Shown here: positions 19,336 through 33,000 of the stretch, piece by piece
Position numbering within the stretch: the stretch's first letter is position 1
Layout of the letters: every line of letters starts with the position of its first letter
DNA from: Verrucomicrobiaceae bacterium
GTDB lineage: Bacteria; Verrucomicrobiota; Verrucomicrobiia; Verrucomicrobiales; Akkermansiaceae
Direction: 5' to 3'
DNA length: 64,000 nucleotides
Assembly: GCA_051252135.1 (NCBI GenBank)
Contig: JBPOGH010000015.1
Coordinates: forward strand, 1 to 64,000
Notes under the pieces: model-generated
The model's input: only the letters and a program-made list of their open reading frames with translations
What the model was told of the DNA's origin: nothing
The model's database searches: none
Program-made: the position numbers and the translations under genes

Positions 19336-19917
19336 TTAGAGATCACCGTTCACCCGCGCCGTCGCAAGTTGTTTCCGCAGGGCTTCAATGCCGTAGCGAT
19401 ATCGGGAGGCCGCCGTGTTTAGAGAAATGCCCAACGCCTCACCAATCTCGGCAAAGGTCCGCTCGCCCCATAACTTCATCACGATCACTTCGGAAAACTT
19501 CTTTGGCAACGCCTTCATCGCCTCCCCCAGCAATTGGCGGGTCTCATCGTCACTGTCATCACTCTCAAAAAGCGAGACATCCACATCCTTGCCCAACCCG
19601 CGCTCATCGCTGACCACCGTTTCTTCTCTCCGCCGACGCCGATCGTCCTTCCGTCCCAAGTCAATCGCTTCACGGCGAATCTGCGTGTAAATAAAGGGCA
19701 GCCACGATTCCTGACCTCCCAAAAAGGTCCCCTCTTCCACCTTGCGGGCCAATTTTACAAGGGCCTCCTGCAAGATGTCCTCGGCATCCGCGATCGATCG
19801 CGTCTGCTGACGGGCAAATAATAGAAGTTTGGACCCGTGCTCCTCCAGCCAGGGTCTCCAGCGCGAGGGCTGTGGTGCTTTCGCTTGTGCCAAGTTCACA
19901 GTATTGTTGGTGCTCAT
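19336..19917 (-). CDS. ECF RNA polymerase sigma factor
   Basis: DAEDILQEALVKL (region 2); TFAEIGEALGISLNTAASRYRY (region 4). Confidence 0.92.
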   Translation of the reverse strand: MSTNNTVNLAQAKAPQPSRWRPWLEEHGSKLLLFARQQTRSIADAEDILQEALVKLARKVEEGTFLGGQESWLPFIYTQIRREAIDLGRKDDRRRRREETVVSDERGLGKDVDVSLFESDDSDDETRQLLGEAMKALPKKFSEVIVMKLWGERTFAEIGEALGISLNTAASRYRYGIEALRKQLATARVNGDL

Positions 19918-19987
19918 GGGTCCAGCGATTCCCAAAGAGGGTTTTGTCTTTGGGAACCTCGAAATCGTAGCATTTTTTCAGAAAATC

Positions 19988-22834
<2,847 letters not shown>

Positions 22835-22930
22835 CCCTAAACTCTACCCAATCCCCCCCACCTATCAAAGCCCATAGTCCCAAGTTCAAGGAGAGTTCAG
22901 AGTTCAGCGTTCAACCGCGCCTTTCCCCAT

Positions 22931-24271
22931 CTAGAATTTCGAATTTCCCACCCACCCCCTCAACCAAGCCTCCACCTGCCCCCCATCCTCCTCATTCAAA
23001 AACCCGGAGATCTTCACCTTCTTCTCCCCCAACAAACTCACCTCATAGCGCGGCTCCCCGTTCACATGACCCGCTTGCTTGCTCCTCACCTCCCGAAACC
23101 CGCTCTTCTGAAAAAACTCCTGCTTCACCCGAACCCCTTTCCGGTATTTCGACACCACCAACTTCTCCTTCGAAAACTCAAATCGCCGCTCCGTCCCCCA
23201 CTCCAGATAACCACAAACCAACACCCCCAGTGACACCGCCGTCCCCACCAAAAACGCCACCGCCGACAGCCCGTCAAAAATAAATCCAATCAATTTCACG
23301 AACCAGGGCCCATCTCCCACCCCCCAATCTTTCCCCATCAAATCACTCCCAAACACCACCGCCACAACCATCAACGACACCGCCCCCGCCAGCATCAGCC
23401 ACTTCGCCACCCCGTTCCTCGTCACCATCCGAAACCCTTCCCTCTCCCCCTTCACAATCGTCACCCCCTTCCCCTCATAATCACCCAATTCACCCCCCTC
23501 CAGATCCGCCGATAACAATCCCGCTTCAGGCTCAACCACCCGCATCCCCAGCGCCTCCCGAAACTCTCCCAGCAACCACCCCTTCTCCTCATCCTCCAGC
23601 TGCGACCCCACCGAAATCGTCTTCCCATCCTTCCGCACAAACCCCACTTCATACACCGGCTCGTCATTTTGCTCATGAGCCGAGACCATCTTCACCCTGA
23701 TCACCTCCTCCCGCTTCGCCTCCTTCACCCTCACCTTTCCAAACAATTTCCTCATCACCCGAACCTTGTCCGGATCGATCACCACAATCACCTCCTCAAA
23801 ACTCCACTTCAACGCCATATAAACCACGAATATCCCCGCCAGCACAAAGGGCGTGAGAAACAACCCCATCCCCAATCTCCCCCACTCATCATCAAATTCA
23901 CCTACCACCACCGCCCACAAAAAAACCGACAACAGGGCCCACCAAAACCCACCAAAAAACCAAAAGAAATTCCCCTTCCTCGCCGCCGGAATCAGCCACG
24001 TCTTCTCCTCCCCCATCTCACTCGAAACAATCACGCTCCCCTCCGGCTTCTCCCCCACCACCCCCGGCTCGCTCCCTCTCCCCGAAGCACCCGACAACTC
24101 CCCGCGCCACTCGCACTTCCCGCACTCAAACACCGCATCCATCCCCCCCGCCGGCATCTCCTCCGGAAGCTCCAGCACCTCCCCACACCCCGGACAAGGC
24201 GGCTTCTCCTTCCGCATCATCCGATACCCCTTCCGCAACGCCCAATCCTTCAACCCGTCAATCACCCCCAA
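22931..24271 (-). CDS. Hypothetical membrane protein (N-terminal Zn ribbon, two repeated TM-pair plus beta domains)
   Basis: CPGC..CGKC; duplicated motif NDEPVYEV / NGEPRYEV. Confidence 0.7.
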   Translation of the reverse strand: MGVIDGLKDWALRKGYRMMRKEKPPCPGCGEVLELPEEMPAGGMDAVFECGKCEWRGELSGASGRGSEPGVVGEKPEGSVIVSSEMGEEKTWLIPAARKGNFFWFFGGFWWALLSVFLWAVVVGEFDDEWGRLGMGLFLTPFVLAGIFVVYMALKWSFEEVIVVIDPDKVRVMRKLFGKVRVKEAKREEVIRVKMVSAHEQNDEPVYEVGFVRKDGKTISVGSQLEDEEKGWLLGEFREALGMRVVEPEAGLLSADLEGGELGDYEGKGVTIVKGEREGFRMVTRNGVAKWLMLAGAVSLMVVAVVFGSDLMGKDWGVGDGPWFVKLIGFIFDGLSAVAFLVGTAVSLGVLVCGYLEWGTERRFEFSKEKLVVSKYRKGVRVKQEFFQKSGFREVRSKQAGHVNGEPRYEVSLLGEKKVKISGFLNEEDGGQVEAWLRGWVGNSKF

Positions 24272-24459
24272 ACCCTACAAAACCCACCCTCCCCCTCAAA
24301 GCCCAAAGCCATGAGATCAAAGTTCAACCTTCCCCCCTCAACCAAGATTTCCAATTTCCCAATTTCGAATTTGTTTAGAGTTTCTTCATCTGGATTTTAG
24401 GATTTCCCTCCCCACCCTTGAACATTGAATCCCCACTCTCCTCCCGCTACCCTCCTCCC

Positions 24460-25101
24460 GTGCTCAAGTCCTTCTTCTCTCCCCGCACCTCCCTCAAAAT
24501 CTGCGGCGTCACCACTCCCGCCGACGCCCAAATGCTCGTCGACTGTCATGTCGACGCCATCGGCCTCAACTTCTGGCCCCAATCAAAACGCTACTGCTCC
24601 CCCGATCACGCCAAGACCTTTGCCGTCGACCTCGCAGGCAAGATCCTCCGCGTCGGCGTCTTCGTCAACAACGCCCTCCCCCTCGCCAAAAACCTCTTCC
24701 AAAAAGGCATCATCGATGTCGTCCAACTCCACGGCGACGAATCCCTCGACGACATCCGGCACTTCCTCACTTCCAACATCCCCGTCATCCGCGCCGTCTC
24801 CGCCGAGCACCTCCCGGACTACGAGCTCCCCACCGAAAACTTCGCCCTCCTCATCGACACCCCTGCCGGCAAGGACTACGGCGGCACCGGACAAACCTTC
24901 GACTGGTCCATCGCCCGCGACTTCATCGCCAAACACCCCAACACCCCCGTCATCCTCGCCGGCGGACTCAACCCCGATAACGCAGCCGACGCCATCGCCC
25001 AAGTCTCCCCCTGCGCCATCGATATCGCCTCCGGCGCCGAACTCTCCCCCGGCCACAAAGACCCCCAAAAAGTCCAAGCCCTCGTAAACCTCCTCCCCTA
25101 A
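24460..25101 (+). CDS. trpF: Phosphoribosylanthranilate isomerase
   Basis: KICGVT, VGVFVN, VQLHGDE, GGTGQTFDW, LAGGLNPDN. Confidence 0.93.
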   Translation: MLKSFFSPRTSLKICGVTTPADAQMLVDCHVDAIGLNFWPQSKRYCSPDHAKTFAVDLAGKILRVGVFVNNALPLAKNLFQKGIIDVVQLHGDESLDDIRHFLTSNIPVIRAVSAEHLPDYELPTENFALLIDTPAGKDYGGTGQTFDWSIARDFIAKHPNTPVILAGGLNPDNAADAIAQVSPCAIDIASGAELSPGHKDPQKVQALVNLLP

Positions 25102-25153
25102 ACCCAAAGCCCCCCCAACCAAGCAATTCCCAATTCCCAATTCCTAATTTAAA

Positions 25154-25534
25154 ATGAACGCCCTCCTTATCTTCCTCGGCGGCGGCCTCGGCTCCCTCGC
25201 CCGTTGGTCCCTCGCCGCCGGCGTTCAAAGCCTCGCCGATAAAACCTCTCTCTCCCGCTTCCCCCTAGGCATCCTCACCTGCAACGTCCTCGGCTGCTTC
25301 CTCATCGGCTGCCTCTTCGGCCACTTCGCCACCCGCAACGCCCCCGCCTGGGTCTTCCCCCTCCTCGCCACCGGCTTCCTCGGCGGATTCACCACCTTCT
25401 CCACCTTCGCAAAAGACACCCACTCCCTCTGGACCTCCGGCCTCACCCCACACGCCGCCGCCCAAATCATCCTCTCCCTCCTCCTCGGACTCGCCGCCGT
25501 CTACACCGGCATCAAACTCACCCACTCGGGTTAA
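25154..25534 (+). CDS. crcB: Fluoride efflux channel FluC/CrcB
   Basis: GGGLGSLARW, FPLG..N..GCF, TGFLGGFTTFSTF. Confidence 0.93.
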   Translation: MNALLIFLGGGLGSLARWSLAAGVQSLADKTSLSRFPLGILTCNVLGCFLIGCLFGHFATRNAPAWVFPLLATGFLGGFTTFSTFAKDTHSLWTSGLTPHAAAQIILSLLLGLAAVYTGIKLTHSG

Positions 25535-25774
25535 ACCACCTTCCGCTCGAGCCGGTTCTCACCTCCATTGGCAGCAGTCCCTTCCAACATGGGACTCCAA
25601 CCCATATCTTTGGGAAAAATACGAACAATCACCTAAAAACCATCCAATGATATCAAGAAGACTTCTTTTATCTTCCACCTCAATTCACCAGATGAAATAA
25701 TCCCTGAGTCAACACTACCGAGGACTAGTGAAACCCTCTATCATCGCACTCCAAAAAATTCAACTTCCGGAACA

Positions 25775-28714
25775 ATGAAACACCTGCTCCTCCTTCTCTC
25801 TCTCCTTATCCCCGACCTCCAGTCCGCCTCTCTGGACGACCTCACCTGGACTACTGAAAATGGCGAAATCACCATCACTGATTGCTACCAATTCGCAAAG
25901 GGTGACCTTGTTATCCCAGCGACAATTAATGACCAACCAGTAACCGCCATAGGAGACAACGCGATCCGATTCTGCGGCCTTCTCACGAGCATCACCATCC
26001 CTGATAGCGTTACGTCCATTGGAGACGAGGCCTTTAGAAACTGCGGAGATGCCACCGACATCAACCTCCCTGATAATCTCGTCTCTATCGGACAACAGGC
26101 ATTCCACGGGTGCGTAGAGCTCACCAGCGCAAACATCCCCGGCTCTGTTCAGTTTATTGGCGACAACGCCTTTGGTTGGTGCCGCAAGATTGCCAGCATA
26201 AATGTCGACCAATCGAATCCAAATTACGCCTCTCAAGACGGAGTATTAGTTAACAAGTCTCTAAGCACACTCGTCGCCTTTCCATCCGGAAAATTGGACC
26301 AAACCTATTCGACCCCTATCAATATAACCACCATTGGAAACTTTGCCTTTTCTTACTGTCTAAACCTTTCATCCATCGAAGTTTCCTCCAACGTCACCTC
26401 CATCGGAGACAACGCGTTCGACAATTGCACATACCTCACCTCCATCACCATTCCTGGCAGCGTCACCTCGATCGGGAACGAGCCTTTTCTCCGGTGCGCA
26501 AGTCTCAATAGAATTGACGTTCATTCTTCAAATCAAAATTTCCAGTCTCAAGACGGTGTCCTATTTGACAAGTCACTCGAGACCCTCATCGCCTACCCTC
26601 CAGCCAAGCCGGACCTAACCTATCTCATCCCCGAAAGCATAACCTCAATCAGAGACTCTGCTTTTTACTGCTGCAGTCTAGACAACATCTCCCTCCCCAA
26701 CGGCGTGACAACCATTGGAAATTTCGTTTTCGGGTATGCGAGGATGAGCAGTATCTCCATTCCGTCTAGCGTCACCTCCATTGGCCACGAGGCATTTAAG
26801 AATTGTAGCCAACTCACCAGTATCTCCATCCCGAATAGTGTCACCTCGATCGGCATATCTGCCTTTTCCTATTGCCAGAGTCTCACCGACATAACCATCC
26901 CCAACAGTGTCACCTCGATTGGCGAATCAGCCTTTAACGAATGCCGTGCTCTCAAGAGCATCACCATTCCAGATAGCATCACCACCATCGAGCCAGCCTG
27001 CTTTTACATTTGTTCTGCTCTCACCAACATCACTATTCCTGACAGCGTGACCAGCATTGGTGAGAATGCCTTCTACGGATGCATCGCCCTGACAGACCTG
27101 ACCATCCCAACAAACATAACAACCATCGAGGGGCACGCGTTTTCTAATTGCCGCAGTTTCACAAAAATCACGATCCCCGATAATGTCACCACCATCGGAG
27201 AATACGCCTTCTCCGGCTGCACCAACATCACCTCTTTCACTCTCCCAAATGGCATAACTACCATCGGAAAACACGCCTTCTCCGGCTGCACCAACATCAC
27301 CTCTTTCACTCTCCCAAATGGCATAACTACCATCGAGGACTTCACCTTCTCACAATGCTCAAGTCTCGCCACTATGCGGATTCCAAACAGTGTCACCTCA
27401 ATAGGAAATTCCGCTTTCCACTCCTGCACCAACCTCTTCTGGATCTCCATTCCTAACAGCGTCACCTTCATCGGAGACTCGGCATTCTACGAATGCAACA
27501 GCCTCAAAACCATGTCGATCCCAAACGGAGTCACCTCCATAGCGCCTTATTGCTTCTACGGCTGCGAGGTCCTACCCAGCATCGCAATCCCTGCCCATAT
27601 TTCATCTATCGGAGAAGGAGCTTTTGGCCGCTGCAAGAAATTTGATGAAATCACCATTCCTAACGGCATCATTTCCATCGAAAACTCAACCTTTGCCGGA
27701 TGCATCAACCTCACTCAAATAATCATCCCTGGCACTGTTACCTCTATTGGCAACAACGCCTTTGATGCCTGCTCGAGACTGACAACTGTATCGATCCCCG
27801 ATACAGTCACTTCAATCGGAGACTCGGCTTTCGAACGTAGCGGACTCACCACCATAACCATCCCCTCTAGTGTCACCTCCATTGGAAATTCCGCATTCCG
27901 CTTAAGTGATCTCGAAAGCATCATCATACAAGAAGGAGTCACCTCCATTAAAGGGTCTGCATTTATGGAATGCTTTAACCTGGTCAACATCAGCTTGCCA
28001 CCCGGCATCACCTCCATTGAAAGACGCACATTCTATCTTTGTCAAAACCTCGCTAACATCACAATGCCCACCAGCGTCACCTCAATCGGCGAAGAGGCTT
28101 TTTCGTATTGTAGGGGACTTACTTCGTTACCGGTCCCCCACAGTGTTACCTCCTTGGGTTACTTGGCGTTTTCCCACTGTGGAGGCTTAACAAGCATTGC
28201 GATTCCCAATGGAGTCGAAGTCATCGAATCCCGTTGCTTTTACAATTGTTACAACCTTACCAGCATCAATATCCCTCCCAGCGTAAATTCAATTGCGGCC
28301 ATCTCATTCAACGCTTGCACCAAGCTGCAAAGGATCACCTTTGATGGACCTCCTCCAGCCTACGTTTCTTCCCATGCATTCGTAAACACCTCCTCGCTTT
28401 CACAGGTTCACGTTTATCCTGAGTATGCATCCTCTTACGGCGGCCAAGGAGCGGATTGGAATGACCTTACCGTAAACCTTCTCGCTCCCCGCCTGGGAAT
28501 CACCTCCCTCACCATCTTTGGAACAACCGCAACCATCACCGTCACCGGAGCACCAAACACGAGTTACCTTTGTAAAACCTCCGCCGACCTCTCCAACTTC
28601 ATCACCGTCCCAACCTCCCCCGCCACCCCTACAACCAACTCCTTAGGCACCGCCACCTTCACCGTCCAATCTCCGGACCCGAGAAACTTCTTCATTATTG
28701 AAGAAGCCCCCTAA
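25775..28714 (+). CDS. BspA-like leucine-rich repeat (LRR_5) surface protein
   Basis: Signal peptide; many 23-aa IPxSVTSIGxxAFxxC repeats; more A+T than flanks. Confidence 0.92.
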   Translation: MKHLLLLLSLLIPDLQSASLDDLTWTTENGEITITDCYQFAKGDLVIPATINDQPVTAIGDNAIRFCGLLTSITIPDSVTSIGDEAFRNCGDATDINLPDNLVSIGQQAFHGCVELTSANIPGSVQFIGDNAFGWCRKIASINVDQSNPNYASQDGVLVNKSLSTLVAFPSGKLDQTYSTPINITTIGNFAFSYCLNLSSIEVSSNVTSIGDNAFDNCTYLTSITIPGSVTSIGNEPFLRCASLNRIDVHSSNQNFQSQDGVLFDKSLETLIAYPPAKPDLTYLIPESITSIRDSAFYCCSLDNISLPNGVTTIGNFVFGYARMSSISIPSSVTSIGHEAFKNCSQLTSISIPNSVTSIGISAFSYCQSLTDITIPNSVTSIGESAFNECRALKSITIPDSITTIEPACFYICSALTNITIPDSVTSIGENAFYGCIALTDLTIPTNITTIEGHAFSNCRSFTKITIPDNVTTIGEYAFSGCTNITSFTLPNGITTIGKHAFSGCTNITSFTLPNGITTIEDFTFSQCSSLATMRIPNSVTSIGNSAFHSCTNLFWISIPNSVTFIGDSAFYECNSLKTMSIPNGVTSIAPYCFYGCEVLPSIAIPAHISSIGEGAFGRCKKFDEITIPNGIISIENSTFAGCINLTQIIIPGTVTSIGNNAFDACSRLTTVSIPDTVTSIGDSAFERSGLTTITIPSSVTSIGNSAFRLSDLESIIIQEGVTSIKGSAFMECFNLVNISLPPGITSIERRTFYLCQNLANITMPTSVTSIGEEAFSYCRGLTSLPVPHSVTSLGYLAFSHCGGLTSIAIPNGVEVIESRCFYNCYNLTSINIPPSVNSIAAISFNACTKLQRITFDGPPPAYVSSHAFVNTSSLSQVHVYPEYASSYGGQGADWNDLTVNLLAPRLGITSLTIFGTTATITVTGAPNTSYLCKTSADLSNFITVPTSPATPTTNSLGTATFTVQSPDPRNFFIIEEAP

Positions 28715-29574
28715 ACCACCTTCCGCATCAACACATGCGGAATCCCGATCTCCGTAAAGATCGACCCTACCTGCTCATACCCCAGCGCTTCATAAAAGCC
28801 CGCCACCTCCTCGCGGGAATGAAGCTCAAAGTCTCGCACGCCCTCACGCACCAGCTGGGCCTCGACCGCTTCCATCACCATCCGGCCATAGCCCTTTCCC
28901 CGCATCACCCGGCACACCGCCACCTGCCGCAGCCGCACCCCGCCATCCTGCTTCTTGCGCACCACCACCGTCGCCACCGGATGGTCCAACATAAACACCC
29001 CAAAGTGCCGCTCCAGTTGCTCCCACTGCAAGTCCGCCACCGACCACCGCAGCCCCAGCGGAGCCCGCAGTTCACGAAAACGCAAGTCCTTCAATCCATC
29101 GTATTCGTGCGTCCCCACCCGCACCTCCCGGAACTCCGCCGCCGCAATCATCGGCTTCCGGTAATGCTCAAATTTTTCCACCACCAACGCCATCGGCGAC
29201 CCACCCCCCTCCACCTGAATCACCAGCACCCCACGCTCCCCGCGCCCATGAATCTGCAACACCGTCTTTCCACCCCGGTAGCCCACCGGACAAATCAGCG
29301 AAAGCACCTCGCCATCCGCCAACCCCGACATCTTCCCCATCAGCGTATTCAACTGCCCCGCCCGGAATGACGGCTCAAACGCCCCATCCAGCTCCGCCAC
29401 CAACGCCCGAAATTCCTCCCGCTCAATCACTCCCCTAATCTGCTGCCCCATCTCCTCGTCCCCTTTCCCCTCACCCTCCTCCTCATCCCGCACATCCGTC
29501 GGCGAAAACACCACACGATCCATCACCTTCCCCAAAAGGGCTTTCACAACCTTCCTCCCAAAATAACCGAACAC
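28711..29574 (-). CDS. GNAT acetyltransferase with N-terminal extension
   Basis: LRFRELRAPLG, RLRQVAV..RGKGYG, FYEALGY, GIPHVLM; start estimated because the ORF-track start lies in repeat DNA. Confidence 0.75.
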   Translation of the reverse strand: MFGYFGRKVVKALLGKVMDRVVFSPTDVRDEEEGEGKGDEEMGQQIRGVIEREEFRALVAELDGAFEPSFRAGQLNTLMGKMSGLADGEVLSLICPVGYRGGKTVLQIHGRGERGVLVIQVEGGGSPMALVVEKFEHYRKPMIAAAEFREVRVGTHEYDGLKDLRFRELRAPLGLRWSVADLQWEQLERHFGVFMLDHPVATVVVRKKQDGGVRLRQVAVCRVMRGKGYGRMVMEAVEAQLVREGVRDFELHSREEVAGFYEALGYEQVGSIFTEIGIPHVLMRKVV

Positions 29575-29644
29575 CCCCAACAAATAACAACCCACCCCCA
29601 CAAAACAAACCCCAATAAGGAAAGTGGGTAAAATGCCCTTGGGT

Positions 29645-30050
29645 GCATTCCTACCCGCTACCCCAAGTTGGAGCGTCGGTCTATGACCGTCGCAAATCCC
29701 CCTCAACCAAGCCCCCTCAACCAAGCCAATCATCCATTCGTCCAATTCTCAAATCCTCCATTCCCTCCCCCCTCAACCAAGCCAATCATCCATTCGTCAA
29801 TTCATCCAATTCTCAAATCCCCCATTCCCTCCCCCCAACCAAGCCCTTCAAATTTAAATGTTAAATGTTCAGTGTTAAATGTTCCCCCCCAACCAAGCAA
29901 TCCCATCCATCCTGTTCATCTGCGGTTCACAACCTCCACCTCCCAAGCCCCCCCATCCAAGCCCCCCCAACCAAGCCAATCATCCATTCGTCCAATCATC
30001 CATTCGTCCAATTATCAAATCCTCCATTCCCTCCCAATCCCCCACCTTGC
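29645..30050 (+). repeat. Intergenic mosaic of CAACCAAG-delimited modules
   Basis: Six CAACCAAG copies; repeated CCAATCATCCATTCGTC module; AAATGTT heptamers. Confidence 0.8.
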
Positions 30051-30086
30051 CCTCCCTACCTCAAAACCCTACTCTCCCAAAACCCG

Positions 30087-33000
30087 ATGACGAAACTCCT
30101 CGCTCTCTTCCTCCTTCTCCTCGCCCCCCTCCGCGCCGACCTCGTCGCCCACTACGCCCTCGACGAGACCGACCCCGCCTCAACCACCGTCAGCGACTCC
30201 CTCGGCAAAAATCCCGGCACCCTCATCGGCTCCGCCTCTCCCACCAAAAATTTCACCTCCCCACTCAACGTCGGCTACGACTTCCCCACTCGCTCCGGAT
30301 TCAAAATCGATCCCGCTCCCGAAGTCCAACCCACCGACCAGTTCACCATCACCTGGTGGTTCCGCCCCACCACCCTCGATCAATTCGATCGCTTCTTCGA
30401 AACCCTCTCCGGCACCGGAAACAGCGGCTCCGGCATCCGGATCGACCTCGGCTCCGCCCCCGGCAACAAAGTCCGCGCCCTCCTCCGCGATGGCAATGGC
30501 TCCACCAACACCAGCGTCACCAACTCCCTCACCCTTTCCACCGGCAACTGGTACTTCGCCGCCCTCCGATACGATTCCCTCGATGGCACCTGCCAGCTCA
30601 CCGTCCTCCAGGACACCGGAGGAAACATCACCGCCTCCACCATCGCCTCCGCCACCACCACCGATTCCTCTCTCGGCACCAACGCCCTCTCCCACAACAC
30701 CGGAGTCTTCATCGCAGCCGATGACTCCAGTGCCGCCACCTCCAACGACTTCGGAGGCGCCCTCGATGACCTCGCCATCTTCCAAACCGGTGACAAGTTC
30801 GGAGTCCTTTCCGATGCCGATCTCGCCGAAGTCTACAACAACGGAGCACTCGCCTTCGATCCCCCCGCCCCCGTCCCCACCATCAATTTCTTCACCGCCA
30901 CCAACACCTCCGTCAACTCCGGCGATTCCGTCACCCTCGGCTGGAGTGTCACCGATGCCGACTCCGTCGAAATCACACCCACCATCGGCTCCGTCCTACC
31001 GAACGGCAACACCACCTTCACCGCCTCCCTCACCGAGGTCTACACCCTCACCGCCACCAACGCTGAAGGCAGTACGACATCCACCCTACAAATCACCGTC
31101 GATGGCCTCGCCCTCCCACCCCGCATCAGCGAGTTCGTCGCCAGTAACTCCAGCTTCGATGACGGCGATGGCAACTCCACCGACTGGATCGAAATCCAAA
31201 ATTCCAACACCACTCCCTTCGATCTCTCCGGCTACCACCTCACCGATGACGCCGCCAACCTCACCAAGTGGACCTTCCCCGCCAACACCTCCCTCACGGG
31301 AGAAGAACACATCGTCGTCTTCGCTTCCGGCACCGGCACCCCCGACTCCGCCGGAAACCTCCACACCAACTTCTCCCTCAAATCAGACGGCGAATACCTC
31401 GCTCTCATCGCGCCCAACGGCTCCACCATCCTGCAACAGTTCGCCCCCTACCCCGTTCAAAAAACCAACACCAGCTACACCTCCTCCGGCTACCTCGCCA
31501 CCCCCACCCCGCGCGCTCCCAACACCGGCACCCCGCAGCAAGGCTACGTCACCGACACCTCGTTCGATATCGACCGCGGCCACTACACCTCCCCCTTCAA
31601 CCTCACCATCTCATCCTCCACCCCCGACGCGCAAATCTACTACACCACCGATGGCACCCCGCCCTCACCCGCCAATGGAACCCTCTACACCGCTCCCGTA
31701 AACATCGCCACCACCACCGTCCTCCGCGCCGCCGCCTTCAAGGACAACTTCCTCCCCACCAACGTCGACACCCAATCCTACCTCTTCCTCAACGACGTCA
31801 TCAACCAACCCAACAACCCGCCCAACACCACCACCACCTGGGCCGGAAGAATCGCCGACTACGGGATGGACCCGGACATCGTCAATCACCCCGACTACGC
31901 CTCCGAAATCATCCCCGCCCTCGAAAAATTCTCCACCCTCTCCCTCACCATCGACCCCGATGACTTCTACGGAACCCAGGGTATCTACCAAAATCCCCAA
32001 AGCGACGGCCCCAATTGGGAACGCCCCGTCTCCGCCGAGCTCATCGCGCATAACGGCTCCGAGTCCGGCTTCCAAATCGACGCCGGCCTCCGCATCCAGG
32101 GCGGATCCAGCCGAAATCCCGACACCCCAAAGCACAGCCTAAGCCTCCGCTTCCGCAACGACTACGGCGCCGGCAAACTCAACTACCCCCTCTTCCGTGA
32201 CGCCCCCCACGGCCGCACCGCCGTCGAAAAGTTCGACACCCTCCAGCTCCGCTCCGGCTACAATTTCGGCTGGACCCACCGCCACTTCTGGCAAGCCGAC
32301 AAAGCCCAATACGCCCGCGACCAATTCGTCAACGACCTCTTCCTCGAACTCAATAACACCGGCATCCACGGCCGCTGGATCCACCTCTACATCAACGGAA
32401 TCTACTGGGGCATCTACCACATCCACGAGCGCCCGGACCAGGACTTCATGGAATCCTACTTCGGCGGTCAAGATGCGGACTACGATGCCATCAACTCCGG
32501 CGAAGCCACCTCCGGCACCACCGCCGCCTTCCTCGCCATGGCCAATGTCGCCAAGGGAAATATCGCCAGCTCCTCGGTCTACAACACCATGAAGACCCAT
32601 CTCAATGTTGACTCCTTCATCGACTACATGCTCATCAATCTCTACGTCGGAAATAACGACTGGGACGGACACAACTGGCGCGCCGCCGGCACCGGACCCA
32701 CCGGCGTCCCCTTCCATGTCATCCCCTGGGATACCGAGTTCGCCATCTCGCCAAATCGCACAGACCCCGCCTACCTCGACATTGCCAACGCCCTCAATAT
32801 CGACCGAACCGGCCTCAACGGAAACAACCGCCCCACCGGCATCCATCAGGACCTTTCTCAAAACGCCGAATACCGACTCCGCTTCGCCGACCGCGCCCAC
32901 CACGCCTTCTTCAACAACGGCCCCCTCTCACCCACTGGAGCCACCGCCATCTGGCGCCAACGCTCCGATGACATGGGCCTCGCCATCGTCGCCGAGTCCG

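Noticed and set aside
25102..25153. Fluoride riboswitch upstream of crcB
   Set aside because: The gap contains only CAACCAAG and AATTCCC heptamers; no GGCGATG-type aptamer core is visible
29575..30086. N-terminal extensions of the GNAT (to 29745) and CotH-like (from 29865) ORFs
   Set aside because: They run through intergenic repeat DNA; the CotH-like signal peptide begins at 30087
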